Of a DNA stretch of 64,000 bases, positions 9,133 to 17,518 are shown piece after piece. Below the pieces are notes generated by a model. The model was not told the origin of the DNA. It worked only from the letters and a program-made list of their open reading frames with translations, and ran no database searches. The translations under genes were made by a program, and so were the position numbers. The first letter of the stretch is position 1; each line of letters opens with the position of its first letter. The stretch covers positions 288,001-352,000 of the forward strand of contig JBGAIQ010000001.1 in NCBI GenBank assembly GCA_044225365.1. The letters run 5' to 3'. The stretch is from Planctomycetota bacterium. Lineage in GTDB: Bacteria > Planctomycetota > B15-G4 > JADJEK01.

Positions 9133-11052
9133 ATGGGCATTCTTCGTGTCGCGTCCATCGCGTCCTTGGCGCTCGCCACCGCGAGCTCGGCGTACGCCTT
9201 CCAAGGAACGCTCACGTTCTCGAACCAAACGGTCGCCGCCGGCATCGACGTGAAGTACCTCCCGGGCACGTTCGTGTCCTCCGAGTACATCGCGCCCGGA
9301 GCGTGCGGGGATTTCAATGGCGATGGCTTCCAGGATCTCTTCCTGCCGAGCGGCGGCGGGAGCAATGGTCCGGATCGTCTCTACATGAATCAGCAGAACG
9401 GGACGTTCGTCGACCAGGCTGCGGCCTGGGGCCTCACGACGGTCCACCGCGCGACAGGGCTCGCGGTCGGAGACTACGACAACGACGGCTACATCGACGT
9501 GTACGAAGCGAGCGCGGGCGCGAGCGGCTCCGGCCAGATCGGCCAGAACAAGCTCTATCGCAACTTGAACGGCACGTCCTTCACCAACGTCGCCGCGGCG
9601 GCGGGTGTCACCGGCGTCGCGGGCGATTCATTCGGCTCGTCGTTCGGCGATTACGACATCGACGGCGATCTCGACCTCTGGGTGCCGGGTTTCAACACGC
9701 ACAAGAACCGGCTCTACAAGAACAACGCCAACGGCACGTTCACCGACGTGACGACGGCGGCTGGCTTGTCCGGCGCGATCGCGAGCGTGTTCGGATTCGC
9801 ATCGCGCTTCGTCGACACCAACGGCGACCACTATCCCGAATTGCTGATCTCGGGCGACTTCGGCACGAGCCGCTACTTCCGCAACAACGGCAACGGCACG
9901 TTCACCAACCTGACGGGTGCGTCGGGAACGGGCAAGGACGAGAACGGGATGGGCGGAACCGTCGGCGACTTCGACCGCGACGGACGCGTCGATTGGTACG
10001 TGGCGTCGATCCTGGCGGACAACCCGGGAACCGGCTGGACCGGCAACAAGCTCTACTTGAATCAAGGCGGCCACATCTTCACCGAGGTCGCGAAGACGCA
10101 GGGCGTCTGGAACGGCGGCTACGGCTGGGGCTCGGTCGGCGTCGACTTCAATCACGATCGCTGGCTCGACATCGGCGAGACCAACGGCGCGCAATGGAGC
10201 AGCGAGTGGATCAACGAGCGGTCGTACCTCTGGCTGAACCAGGGCAACGGCACCTACGTCGAGAGCTCCGCCGCGGTGGGCTTCAACGACTTCGACCAGG
10301 GTCGCGGAATGCTCAACTTCGACTACGACAACGATGGCGACCAGGACATCGTCGTGCTCGGCAACAACGAGAAGGCGAAGCTCTGGCGCAACGATCTCAC
10401 GGGCACGAACATCCACTGGCTGCGCGTGTTCCTCGACACCAGCGGCGATCCGTCGCTCGCACCGAATGGCTACGGCTCGGTCGTGCGCGTGACGGCCGGC
10501 GGCATCCAGCAGATGGGTGGGCTCTACGGCGGCGACAACCTGCAGAGTCAGAGTGAACTCGCCGTGCACTTCGGACTCGGCGCTGCGACGATCATCGACA
10601 CGCTCACCGTCGAATGGAACGACGGCCGCGTCACGACCCTCAACAACGTCCCGGTCGACCAGAAGATCACGGTGTCGATCACGAAGCCGTGGACGAATCT
10701 CGGTGGCGGGATCCCCGGCAGCAACGGTGCGCTGACGCTGACCGGCACCGGCAATCTGATGGCGAACAGTCCGACGACGATCGCGCTCACGGGCGCGGTG
10801 CCGGGCGCGCCGGGCATCCTCTTCGTCGGCCTCGCGCCGCTCAACGCGCCGCTCTTCGGCGGCGTCTTCTGGCCGACCCCCGACATCCTCATCAACTTCA
10901 ACGCGGATGGCGGCGGCGGTCTCACGCTCCCCGTGCCCTGGCCGCCGGGCATTCCCTCGGGCTTCAAGATCTGGATGCAGACGTGGTTCGTCGATGGCGG
11001 CGCGCCACACGGCGTCGCGGCCTCGAACGGATTGAGGGCCACCACGCCCTGA
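9133..11052 (+). CDS. Secreted CRTAC1/ASPIC-UnbV family protein (FG-GAP-like repeats) with C-terminal planctomycete-type module
   Basis: Signal peptide (…ASSAYA). Repeated GDFNGDGFQDL, GDYDNDGYIDV, GDYDIDGDLDL, GDFDRDGRVD, FDYDNDGDQDI. ASPIC/UnbV motif SQSELAVHFGLG...VEW.DG. Confidence 0.9.
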   Translation: MGILRVASIASLALATASSAYAFQGTLTFSNQTVAAGIDVKYLPGTFVSSEYIAPGACGDFNGDGFQDLFLPSGGGSNGPDRLYMNQQNGTFVDQAAAWGLTTVHRATGLAVGDYDNDGYIDVYEASAGASGSGQIGQNKLYRNLNGTSFTNVAAAAGVTGVAGDSFGSSFGDYDIDGDLDLWVPGFNTHKNRLYKNNANGTFTDVTTAAGLSGAIASVFGFASRFVDTNGDHYPELLISGDFGTSRYFRNNGNGTFTNLTGASGTGKDENGMGGTVGDFDRDGRVDWYVASILADNPGTGWTGNKLYLNQGGHIFTEVAKTQGVWNGGYGWGSVGVDFNHDRWLDIGETNGAQWSSEWINERSYLWLNQGNGTYVESSAAVGFNDFDQGRGMLNFDYDNDGDQDIVVLGNNEKAKLWRNDLTGTNIHWLRVFLDTSGDPSLAPNGYGSVVRVTAGGIQQMGGLYGGDNLQSQSELAVHFGLGAATIIDTLTVEWNDGRVTTLNNVPVDQKITVSITKPWTNLGGGIPGSNGALTLTGTGNLMANSPTTIALTGAVPGAPGILFVGLAPLNAPLFGGVFWPTPDILINFNADGGGGLTLPVPWPPGIPSGFKIWMQTWFVDGGAPHGVAASNGLRATTP

Positions 11053-11156
11053 CCGAATCCGGTCGGCGATATCGACTCGATTCGTCCCGTGGCATTTCCT
11101 GCCTTGCGGTAAGCTGGGTCCGTCGTTCAGGACTCGCCCGCAGAAGGAGACCCATC

Positions 11157-12422
11157 GTGCGTCGATCCGTACTGCTCAAGTTCCCTGGCTTCGCGAGTTC
11201 ACTGGCAGGATGGTTGTGGTTCGCCCTGGCGGGCGGAGAGGCGTCGGCGCAGGTTCCCTGCACCGGCCCCGACAATCTCTGGGGCTGGAACTGCTGCCAG
11301 CTCATTCCGGCGACTCTTCCCAACTTCACGCAAGCGACGTTGCCCGGCCTCGGCATCTGCTGGACCAACTGTCAGCCGCAGACGCTGAATCAGATCAAGG
11401 TCGATTGGACGCCGCCGTTCCAGGTGCAGTGCTCCGAGTACCTGACGAAGCTCACGGTCACCGACATCAACACGACCCTGCCGATCATGCAGGGTTCGAT
11501 GGTGCTCGACTACACGCGGACGTGGACCGAAGTCGATCCGGCCGGCAATCTCGTGCAGGTGTGGCGATTCGCGGCGAAGGCCGATCTCTCGCCGGTGCTC
11601 GTCGGAATCGTTCCGCCGTGTCCCGCGCCGAGCTGCCTGCCGCCGTTCGGGAATCAGAACACCGCGTTCTTCTACGGCTACGTCGACTACGCGACGAACT
11701 GCTCTTCGGGCATCACGCAGAACGTGTGCGTGCTGTATCACGCGTGCGACTTCTTCATCCACAACCCGGCGCTCTCGAGCGCGGGCGGCGTGTACCACCC
11801 GAAACAGTCGTACGCGATCGTCGCGCCGCACTCGACGGCGCAGCCGTTCAGCGTGGTGAAGAGCCCCTCCGGCAGCGGCCCGCTGATCGGCGAAGGCACC
11901 CGCGATCTCTCGAACTTCCCGGGCGGTCCGTGCGTCGCGAACGACGGCATCGTCCAGGGGCAGCTCAATCTGCTCGGCGGTGCGTGTCTCTGTCCGCTCT
12001 CGGCGGCGCCGAAGCAGCATCAGTTCCGCACGTTCAGCGGTACCACGAACTGCCCGACGTTCGCCGGCACGCAGGGCAACTTCCAGGCCCTCAACATCGG
12101 CTTCCCGACATCGCTGCCGTGGTTCTACCTCACGACGACCAACATCGGAGTGTGGACGAATCCCAACGTGTACCCCGGCAAGGAGAACGCCTGGGTCGAT
12201 GAAGGCCTCTTCCTGCGCCAGACGGGCTGCGCGGGCGATGTGATCTCCGTCGAATACGGCGGCTCCACGAAGAACGGCTGGTCGATCCTGCACCCCGTGC
12301 TGCTCACGGCCTGCATCGACATCGCCGACAACTACACGGCGCCGTTGTTCGGCCCGTACACGTTCCCGATCCTCGGCAACGTGATGCAGACCGATCGCGT
12401 GACATTCACGTTCACGCCGTAA
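11157..12422 (+). CDS. Cys-rich secreted hypothetical protein (421 aa)
   Basis: GTG 11157 follows an AGGAGA RBS. Signal peptide ends EASA|QVPC. About 17 Cys and few charged residues. Codon usage matches real genes. Confidence 0.75.
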   Translation: MRRSVLLKFPGFASSLAGWLWFALAGGEASAQVPCTGPDNLWGWNCCQLIPATLPNFTQATLPGLGICWTNCQPQTLNQIKVDWTPPFQVQCSEYLTKLTVTDINTTLPIMQGSMVLDYTRTWTEVDPAGNLVQVWRFAAKADLSPVLVGIVPPCPAPSCLPPFGNQNTAFFYGYVDYATNCSSGITQNVCVLYHACDFFIHNPALSSAGGVYHPKQSYAIVAPHSTAQPFSVVKSPSGSGPLIGEGTRDLSNFPGGPCVANDGIVQGQLNLLGGACLCPLSAAPKQHQFRTFSGTTNCPTFAGTQGNFQALNIGFPTSLPWFYLTTTNIGVWTNPNVYPGKENAWVDEGLFLRQTGCAGDVISVEYGGSTKNGWSILHPVLLTACIDIADNYTAPLFGPYTFPILGNVMQTDRVTFTFTP

Positions 12423-12447
12423 GCGATCGATCGAGCCACGAACGGAG

Positions 12448-12490
12448 CGCGGGGCCCTCGGCGATTCGCCGCGGGCCCCGCGTCCTTCTT
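12448..12490. terminator. Probable intrinsic terminator between convergent genes
   Basis: Stem cgcggggccc-tc-ggcg-att-cgcc-gc-gggccccgcg followed by tccttcttt. It lies between stops at 12422 (+) and 12507 (-). Confidence 0.65.
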
Positions 12491-12506
12491 TACCGATCAG
12501 CGTGCG

Positions 12507-14450
12507 TCAGATGTTCTGGAGGAGCGAGTTCAGGAGCTCTTCCGACGCGCGGATGACGCGCGCGCTGGCCTGGTAGCCACGCTGCGCCTCGATCATGCGG
12601 ACGAACTCCTGCGCGAGGTCGACGTTGCTCGACTCGAGCACGCCGGACTGGATCGAGCCACCCGGCCCGCCGCCGGCCGAGAGGTTCGCGGTGCCGGAGT
12701 TCACGGTCTCTTCGAACAGATTGTTGCCCTGACGGCGCAGACCGCCGGGGTTCGCGAAGTTCGCGAGCGCGATGACGCCGAAGGTCTGGCTCTGGCCATT
12801 GGTGAACGACGCGCGAACGGCGCCGTCCTCGGTCACCGTGACGTCGGCGAGCGTGCCCGCCGCGTAGCCGTCCTGCGAGATCGCCTGCGCGGTGGCCGGA
12901 CCACCGAATTGCGTGATGCCGTCGATGCCGGTCGAGGTGCCGCTCTTCGGCGAGCCGAAGTTGAGGTCGATCGTCTGATTGCCCGTCACGAACTGGAGTT
13001 CGATGTTCGGGTCGCCGGCGCCGGTTCCGCCTGCGTTCTGCAGACTGCCATCCGAGTTGAATCGGATATTGGTGACGGAGCTGTCGAGCACGAGTCCGTC
13101 GTTGTCGGGCAGCGTCGCCGTCAGCTTCCACTCGAGAGCGTCGACGCGGTCGAACGTCAGCGAGAGGATGTGACTATCGCCGTTCTTGTCGTAAACGGTG
13201 ATCGCCGTGTTCACTTCGTCCGGCTTCGTGCCGGGTTGCTGCACCACGAACTGGACGTCGCTCCACGACGCGCCACCGACGTTGCCAGGAGCGTCGGCGA
13301 TCGAGAGTGCGTACTTCGCTTCACCGGGATTGTCGGCGGTCAGGGTGAGCTTGCCGTCCGCACCCAGAGTCACCGTGGCGTCGGAGAAGTGCGACTGGAT
13401 GAACGTGTTGAGGTCCCCGACGGTCGTGCCGGTCGTTCCGTAGACGAAGGTATCTTCGAACTCGGTGCCGTCCGACTGGATGCCCGAGATCGTGATTCCG
13501 TCGCCGTTCTGATACTGCGCCTCCGTGGAGACGAGGGAATTCAGGTCGGTCGCGGCGAGGGCAGCCGATTCCGTGCCGGTCGTCGAGACCGTCTGCAACC
13601 CGAGGGTGAAGGCGGGCGAACCCGTCACGTCGGTGAGCTTGATCGACGAGCTGTTTCCGAGCTTGTTCGACTGGATGTCGACGTTCGAACCGTTCGCGGA
13701 TGCGGTCACGCCCGTAGCCTGCGTGTTGATCACTGCCGCGACCTCGGCCGCGGTAGCCGCCGCGATGTTGACGAAATCCGCTGTGTGGAAGGTGATGGTC
13801 TGCGGCGGGCCGCCGTCGACCTGCAGGGTCATGCTGTCGCCGTTCGTGAGAGCGAAGGGCCCGCTCTTCGAGCCGGAGACCAACGCGGCGGTACCGGTGC
13901 TGAGCGGATTCGTCGTTTCCAGGATGGCCGGCAACGGGCCATGGACCGTCGCGGGGAGGTTGCCCTGCATCGTCACGGCGGCGGTCGGTTGCGGCGGTGC
14001 GATCGCATTCGGCGGTACCACGATCGAGGCGCCCGTCGCGGCCTTCACCGTGTAGCCCGTGCCAAGGTCGACGAGCGTGCCGTTCGCGTCGAAGCCAAAG
14101 GTGCCGGCGCGCGTGTAGAAGTCCCGCGAGCCGTTGTTCAGCACGAAGAACCCCGGGCCGAAGATCGTGAGGTCGAGGTTGCGATCCGTCGCCAGGATCG
14201 ATCCCGAGCTGGTGTCGATGTCGATCGACTTCACGCCGACACCGAGGCCGAGCTGCGACGGGTTCTGACCGCCGACCGTCGCCGATGGGGCGGATCCGGG
14301 CGACGTCGTGATCGACAAGAGGTCGCCGAACGTCGTGCGACCCGATCGGTAGCCGACCGTGTTCGAGTTCGCGATGTTGTTGCCGACGACGTCGAGGCTG
14401 GTCTCGAACGCGCGAAGGCCGGAGAGTCCGGTGAATAGCGAGAGGCTCAT
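12507..14450 (-). CDS. flgE: Flagellar hook protein FlgE (long form, 647 aa)
   Basis: N-term SLFTGLSGL...LDVVGNNIANSNTVGYR; YTRAGTFGFD; C-term LESSNVDLAQEFVRMIEAQRGYQASARVI. Downstream of flgD. Confidence 0.95.
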   Translation of the reverse strand: MSLSLFTGLSGLRAFETSLDVVGNNIANSNTVGYRSGRTTFGDLLSITTSPGSAPSATVGGQNPSQLGLGVGVKSIDIDTSSGSILATDRNLDLTIFGPGFFVLNNGSRDFYTRAGTFGFDANGTLVDLGTGYTVKAATGASIVVPPNAIAPPQPTAAVTMQGNLPATVHGPLPAILETTNPLSTGTAALVSGSKSGPFALTNGDSMTLQVDGGPPQTITFHTADFVNIAAATAAEVAAVINTQATGVTASANGSNVDIQSNKLGNSSSIKLTDVTGSPAFTLGLQTVSTTGTESAALAATDLNSLVSTEAQYQNGDGITISGIQSDGTEFEDTFVYGTTGTTVGDLNTFIQSHFSDATVTLGADGKLTLTADNPGEAKYALSIADAPGNVGGASWSDVQFVVQQPGTKPDEVNTAITVYDKNGDSHILSLTFDRVDALEWKLTATLPDNDGLVLDSSVTNIRFNSDGSLQNAGGTGAGDPNIELQFVTGNQTIDLNFGSPKSGTSTGIDGITQFGGPATAQAISQDGYAAGTLADVTVTEDGAVRASFTNGQSQTFGVIALANFANPGGLRRQGNNLFEETVNSGTANLSAGGGPGGSIQSGVLESSNVDLAQEFVRMIEAQRGYQASARVIRASEELLNSLLQNI

Positions 14451-14514
14451 CTTCTGTTCCTGGTTCCCGGTTTCGTGAGGGGTTCGTTTCGACTGGGGCG
14501 CGTGAGACGTGCGA

Positions 14515-14988
14515 TCAGGTGGCCGTCGCGGGCGGGGTCTCGGCGGTGATTCCGGTGACGGCGTTCATCGGGACGTCGGTGCCGTTGATCGAGAGCAGCA
14601 GCGAGCCGTTCTCGAGCTTCACGGCGGAGACGAGTCCGGCGCCTTCCTTCTGCGTCGTCGGATCGACGTACTTCACGTTCTTGCCGACGAGCGACGCCGA
14701 CTGCGTGAACGCGTTCTGCCCGGCGACGACCTGCTGGAGCTGGATGAGGCCGGAGAGCTGCTTGTTGAGCGTCGACGTCTCCTGCACCGAGGCCATGCCC
14801 GAGATCTGGGTGATGAAGTCCTTGTCGCTCACCGGCTCGCTCGGGTCCTGGTTCTTGAGCTGCGTGGTGAGGATCTTCAGGAAGAGATCCTGATTGCTCG
14901 TCGGCTCGTTCGACTTGGTCGATTGCGTGCCGTAGCCGTACTTGTCGAAGAGGACGTTCTGCGCTGCGCTGGTATCCATGTCGATCAC
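14515..14988 (-). CDS. flgD: Flagellar hook capping protein FlgD
   Basis: FLKILTTQLKNQDPSEP...FITQ and ASLVGKNV; synteny fliK-flgD-flgE. Confidence 0.93.
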   Translation of the reverse strand: MIDMDTSAAQNVLFDKYGYGTQSTKSNEPTSNQDLFLKILTTQLKNQDPSEPVSDKDFITQISGMASVQETSTLNKQLSGLIQLQQVVAGQNAFTQSASLVGKNVKYVDPTTQKEGAGLVSAVKLENGSLLLSINGTDVPMNAVTGITAETPPATAT

Positions 14989-14989
14989 C

Positions 14990-16753
14990 TCATGCCATGA
15001 CGTCGAGTCGCGCGTTCGTAGCGAGACTCTTCTCGGTTTGAATCTTGGGTCGCGAATCCGTTCGCGATCCCTTGGCGGGCGCGCCCATTCCCCCCTCGCC
15101 TTCGAACGACTCCTGGAAGGACCGGAACGTCTCGGAGTCTCGTCGCTGATCTGGATCGAGGGCGATATCGAATTGCGAGACGTCGATGCCGCTCTTGCTC
15201 AGCGTGTCGGTGAATTGCTTGAGATCGCTCTTCAGCGCTTCCACGACCTCGGGGCGCGAGGCGCGCACGACGACCGCGAGCGAGTCGCCGCGCATCGTGA
15301 ACTTCAGCGTGAGTGCGCCGAGAGACGCAGGATCGAGGCGCAATCGCAGCTCGGACGTGCCCGGCTTGATCGAACGCTGGATCTGGTTGAGGATCGCCTG
15401 GATCGGGACGGTGTGGGCGAGTGATCCCGCTGCGCCCATGCGACTCGTCCCGAGCGCGGAGTTCGTGAGGGACGCCGGGTTCGCGCCGTTCGCGGCGAGG
15501 GGATTCGTCGAAGGAACCTCGGTCCGGGACGGACTCGAGACACTCTCGATTCGAACCTTGGAGGCATCGAGCGCCTGCTGGAGTTTCGTCGCGCTCCCCT
15601 GGCGCTCGCTCGCTGTCGCGGTCGCCTTCGCGCCATCGCCGCTGGCATGCGCGGCAGCCGCCGCGTCGGCGTCCTTGGCAGGAAGCGCATCGGCCTCGCT
15701 CGGGTCGACCTTGGCCGCCTCGGCGATCTTCGCGTCGCGTTCCTTGGGAGTGAGCCCCTTGCCGTCGCGGAGTTCATGCACCGACTTGGTGGAGCCGAGC
15801 GCGGCCTTCGCAGCGGCGATGAGGTCCTCGGCCTTCGGAGCCGCGGTGGCGATCGCGTCGTCCAATGCATCGCTCTTCGACTTGTGCTCCGGACGAGCAT
15901 TGGGCGCGGCGACCTTCGGCGTATCGTCGGTCGTCGAGGTCGTCGGCGCGGAATCGCTCGTCGTCGCTTCGTCGTCCGCCGGGCCGTTCGCCGTCGCCTC
16001 TTCGGCGCTCTCCGTGGACGTTTCGTCGTGGCGTTCGGTCGTTGCTTCCTCGACGGCTCGCGGCAGCTCCTCGTTGGGAGTCTCATCCGTCGTCGCGTCG
16101 GCCTCGAGGTCTGGGGTGGCGATGGCAGGGGTTGCGAGAGCCGGGATGGAGGGAGCTTGCGCTTCGGGTTTCGCGACGACGACCCGCGTCGGGTCGGGGA
16201 TCGCCTTCTTCACGGTTTCATCGCTCGCCGGCGCGGACGATTCAGCGGTCGGGTCGGCATCAGCGGTCGCGGCCGGTTCCGTGGCGGGATCCGCCTCCGC
16301 ATTCTCCGCGGCGTTCGTCTCCGCGGCAGCATCCGCGAGAAGGGCCGCTGCATCCGGATCGATCGTCGGAGTGGGATTCCCGGAGTCCTTCGCGGTATCG
16401 GACTTGGTCGCGGCGTCCTTCTTCTCGGTCTTCGCGACCGCAGACTTCTTGTCGGCCTTCTTGTCGTCGTGGCGCTCGGCGTTCTTCGCGACCTTGGAGC
16501 GACCGTGGTCGCTCGCCTTGTGGGGGGACTTCGTTCCCGTGGAGCGAGTCGAGCTCGCTTCGGAATGCACCGCCTCGCGGGGTTTGTCGGCTTTTGGACC
16601 CTTCGCTGAGGTGAGGTGGGTGAGGATGGACTCGAAGGACCCGCCGTGCGCGCCGCCGGCCTTGGTCGACGAGGTCTGCGAGGACGGCGAGGCGAGGAGA
16701 TTCAGGGCATCGAGCGGATTCGAGCTCAAGGGCTTTTGGACTGCGTCGATCAA
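14990..16753 (-). CDS. fliK: Flagellar hook-length control protein FliK
   Basis: Long low-complexity A/T/E/K/P region, then the FliK-C domain ELRLRLDPASLGALTLKF...LKSDLKQFTDTLSKSGIDV. TTG start with a GGAG RBS. Confidence 0.88.
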   Translation of the reverse strand: MIDAVQKPLSSNPLDALNLLASPSSQTSSTKAGGAHGGSFESILTHLTSAKGPKADKPREAVHSEASSTRSTGTKSPHKASDHGRSKVAKNAERHDDKKADKKSAVAKTEKKDAATKSDTAKDSGNPTPTIDPDAAALLADAAAETNAAENAEADPATEPAATADADPTAESSAPASDETVKKAIPDPTRVVVAKPEAQAPSIPALATPAIATPDLEADATTDETPNEELPRAVEEATTERHDETSTESAEEATANGPADDEATTSDSAPTTSTTDDTPKVAAPNARPEHKSKSDALDDAIATAAPKAEDLIAAAKAALGSTKSVHELRDGKGLTPKERDAKIAEAAKVDPSEADALPAKDADAAAAAHASGDGAKATATASERQGSATKLQQALDASKVRIESVSSPSRTEVPSTNPLAANGANPASLTNSALGTSRMGAAGSLAHTVPIQAILNQIQRSIKPGTSELRLRLDPASLGALTLKFTMRGDSLAVVVRASRPEVVEALKSDLKQFTDTLSKSGIDVSQFDIALDPDQRRDSETFRSFQESFEGEGGMGAPAKGSRTDSRPKIQTEKSLATNARLDVMA

Positions 16754-16795
16754 GAGAAGGACTCCACCGCCGGATCTTCCGGCAGCGGGGTCGAA

Positions 16796-16811
16796 GGCAA
16801 GCCACGTACCG
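16796..16811 (-). promoter_or_regulatory. Putative sigma-54 (-24/-12) promoter of fliK-flgD-flgE
   Basis: Minus strand CGGTACGTGGCTTGCC = GG-N10-GC, close to TGGCACG-N4-TTGC, about 43 bp upstream of fliK. A sigma-54 activator is encoded in the cluster. Confidence 0.6.
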
Positions 16812-17064
16812 TGCGGGTCAGCGCGCCAGGATTCTGGCGAGGGCTTCGTAAGTGCTGGCCTGACTTGGCTCTGGAGGAATCGGCCAACTCTTCACGGCAG
16901 GCTCGAGGGCGAAAGGTTTTCGCTTCGAGACGAATCGGAAGGGGCGGTTTCTTCGCGTCGCTTCCCCCGTCAGGATCGCGCGCATCGCCGAGATGCGGTT
17001 CTCTTTCCGGGATTGCGGCGGCGGATTCAAAGCGGATTCCGCAGGAAAAACGTGGTTTTGGCTC

Positions 17065-17091
17065 TCAAGCGAAGAAGATTCGCGCCGAAGA
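17065..17091 (+). promoter_or_regulatory. Putative sigma-28 promoter of flgM
   Basis: TCAA-N15-GCCGAAGA against consensus TAAA-N15-GCCGATAA. Same architecture as the fliC promoter. Confidence 0.7.
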
Positions 17092-17119
17092 ACTAGGGGT
17101 CCGAAAAGGAGTGTTCGTC

Positions 17120-17422
17120 ATGCAGATCGACGGCTTCAACAAACTTACGCGCGGCGGTGCGGATCGAACCGAGGAGACGAAGCGTCCCGAGCGGACGGCG
17201 CCGACCTCGACGAGCCAGGTGTCCGATGTGACGCCGGTCGATTCGCTCGAGACCGACGTGTCGGCGTTCATCGGCCGTTCGGTCCAGACGGCGGGTCGCG
17301 TGCTCGACACGCGCCTCGAAGCGCTCCGCTCGCAGAAGGACGAGATCCTCCGGCGAGCCGACGATCCGCGATCGATCCGCAAGGCGGCGGAGACGTTCGT
17401 GGCGACGGCGATCAACGAGTGA
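17120..17422 (+). CDS. flgM: Probable anti-sigma-28 factor FlgM
   Basis: 100 aa, AAGGAG RBS, MQIDG start, disordered N-half, helical C-term (RLEALRSQ...DPRSIRKAAE), own sigma-28 promoter. Sequence similarity is weak. Confidence 0.6.
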   Translation: MQIDGFNKLTRGGADRTEETKRPERTAPTSTSQVSDVTPVDSLETDVSAFIGRSVQTAGRVLDTRLEALRSQKDEILRRADDPRSIRKAAETFVATAINE

Positions 17423-17518
17423 GGGAGTGAGGACGTCGTCCTCACGGAAGAGCTGGGAAAAGGCGGATCCGGGGCATGCGACGAGAGTCGTGTGCCCCGA
17501 CTTCATTTTCTGGGCCCG

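Noticed and set aside
10614-11156. N-terminal extension of the Cys-rich protein (602-aa ORF)
   Set aside because: It overlaps the upstream gene out of frame. The RBS and signal peptide point to GTG 11157.
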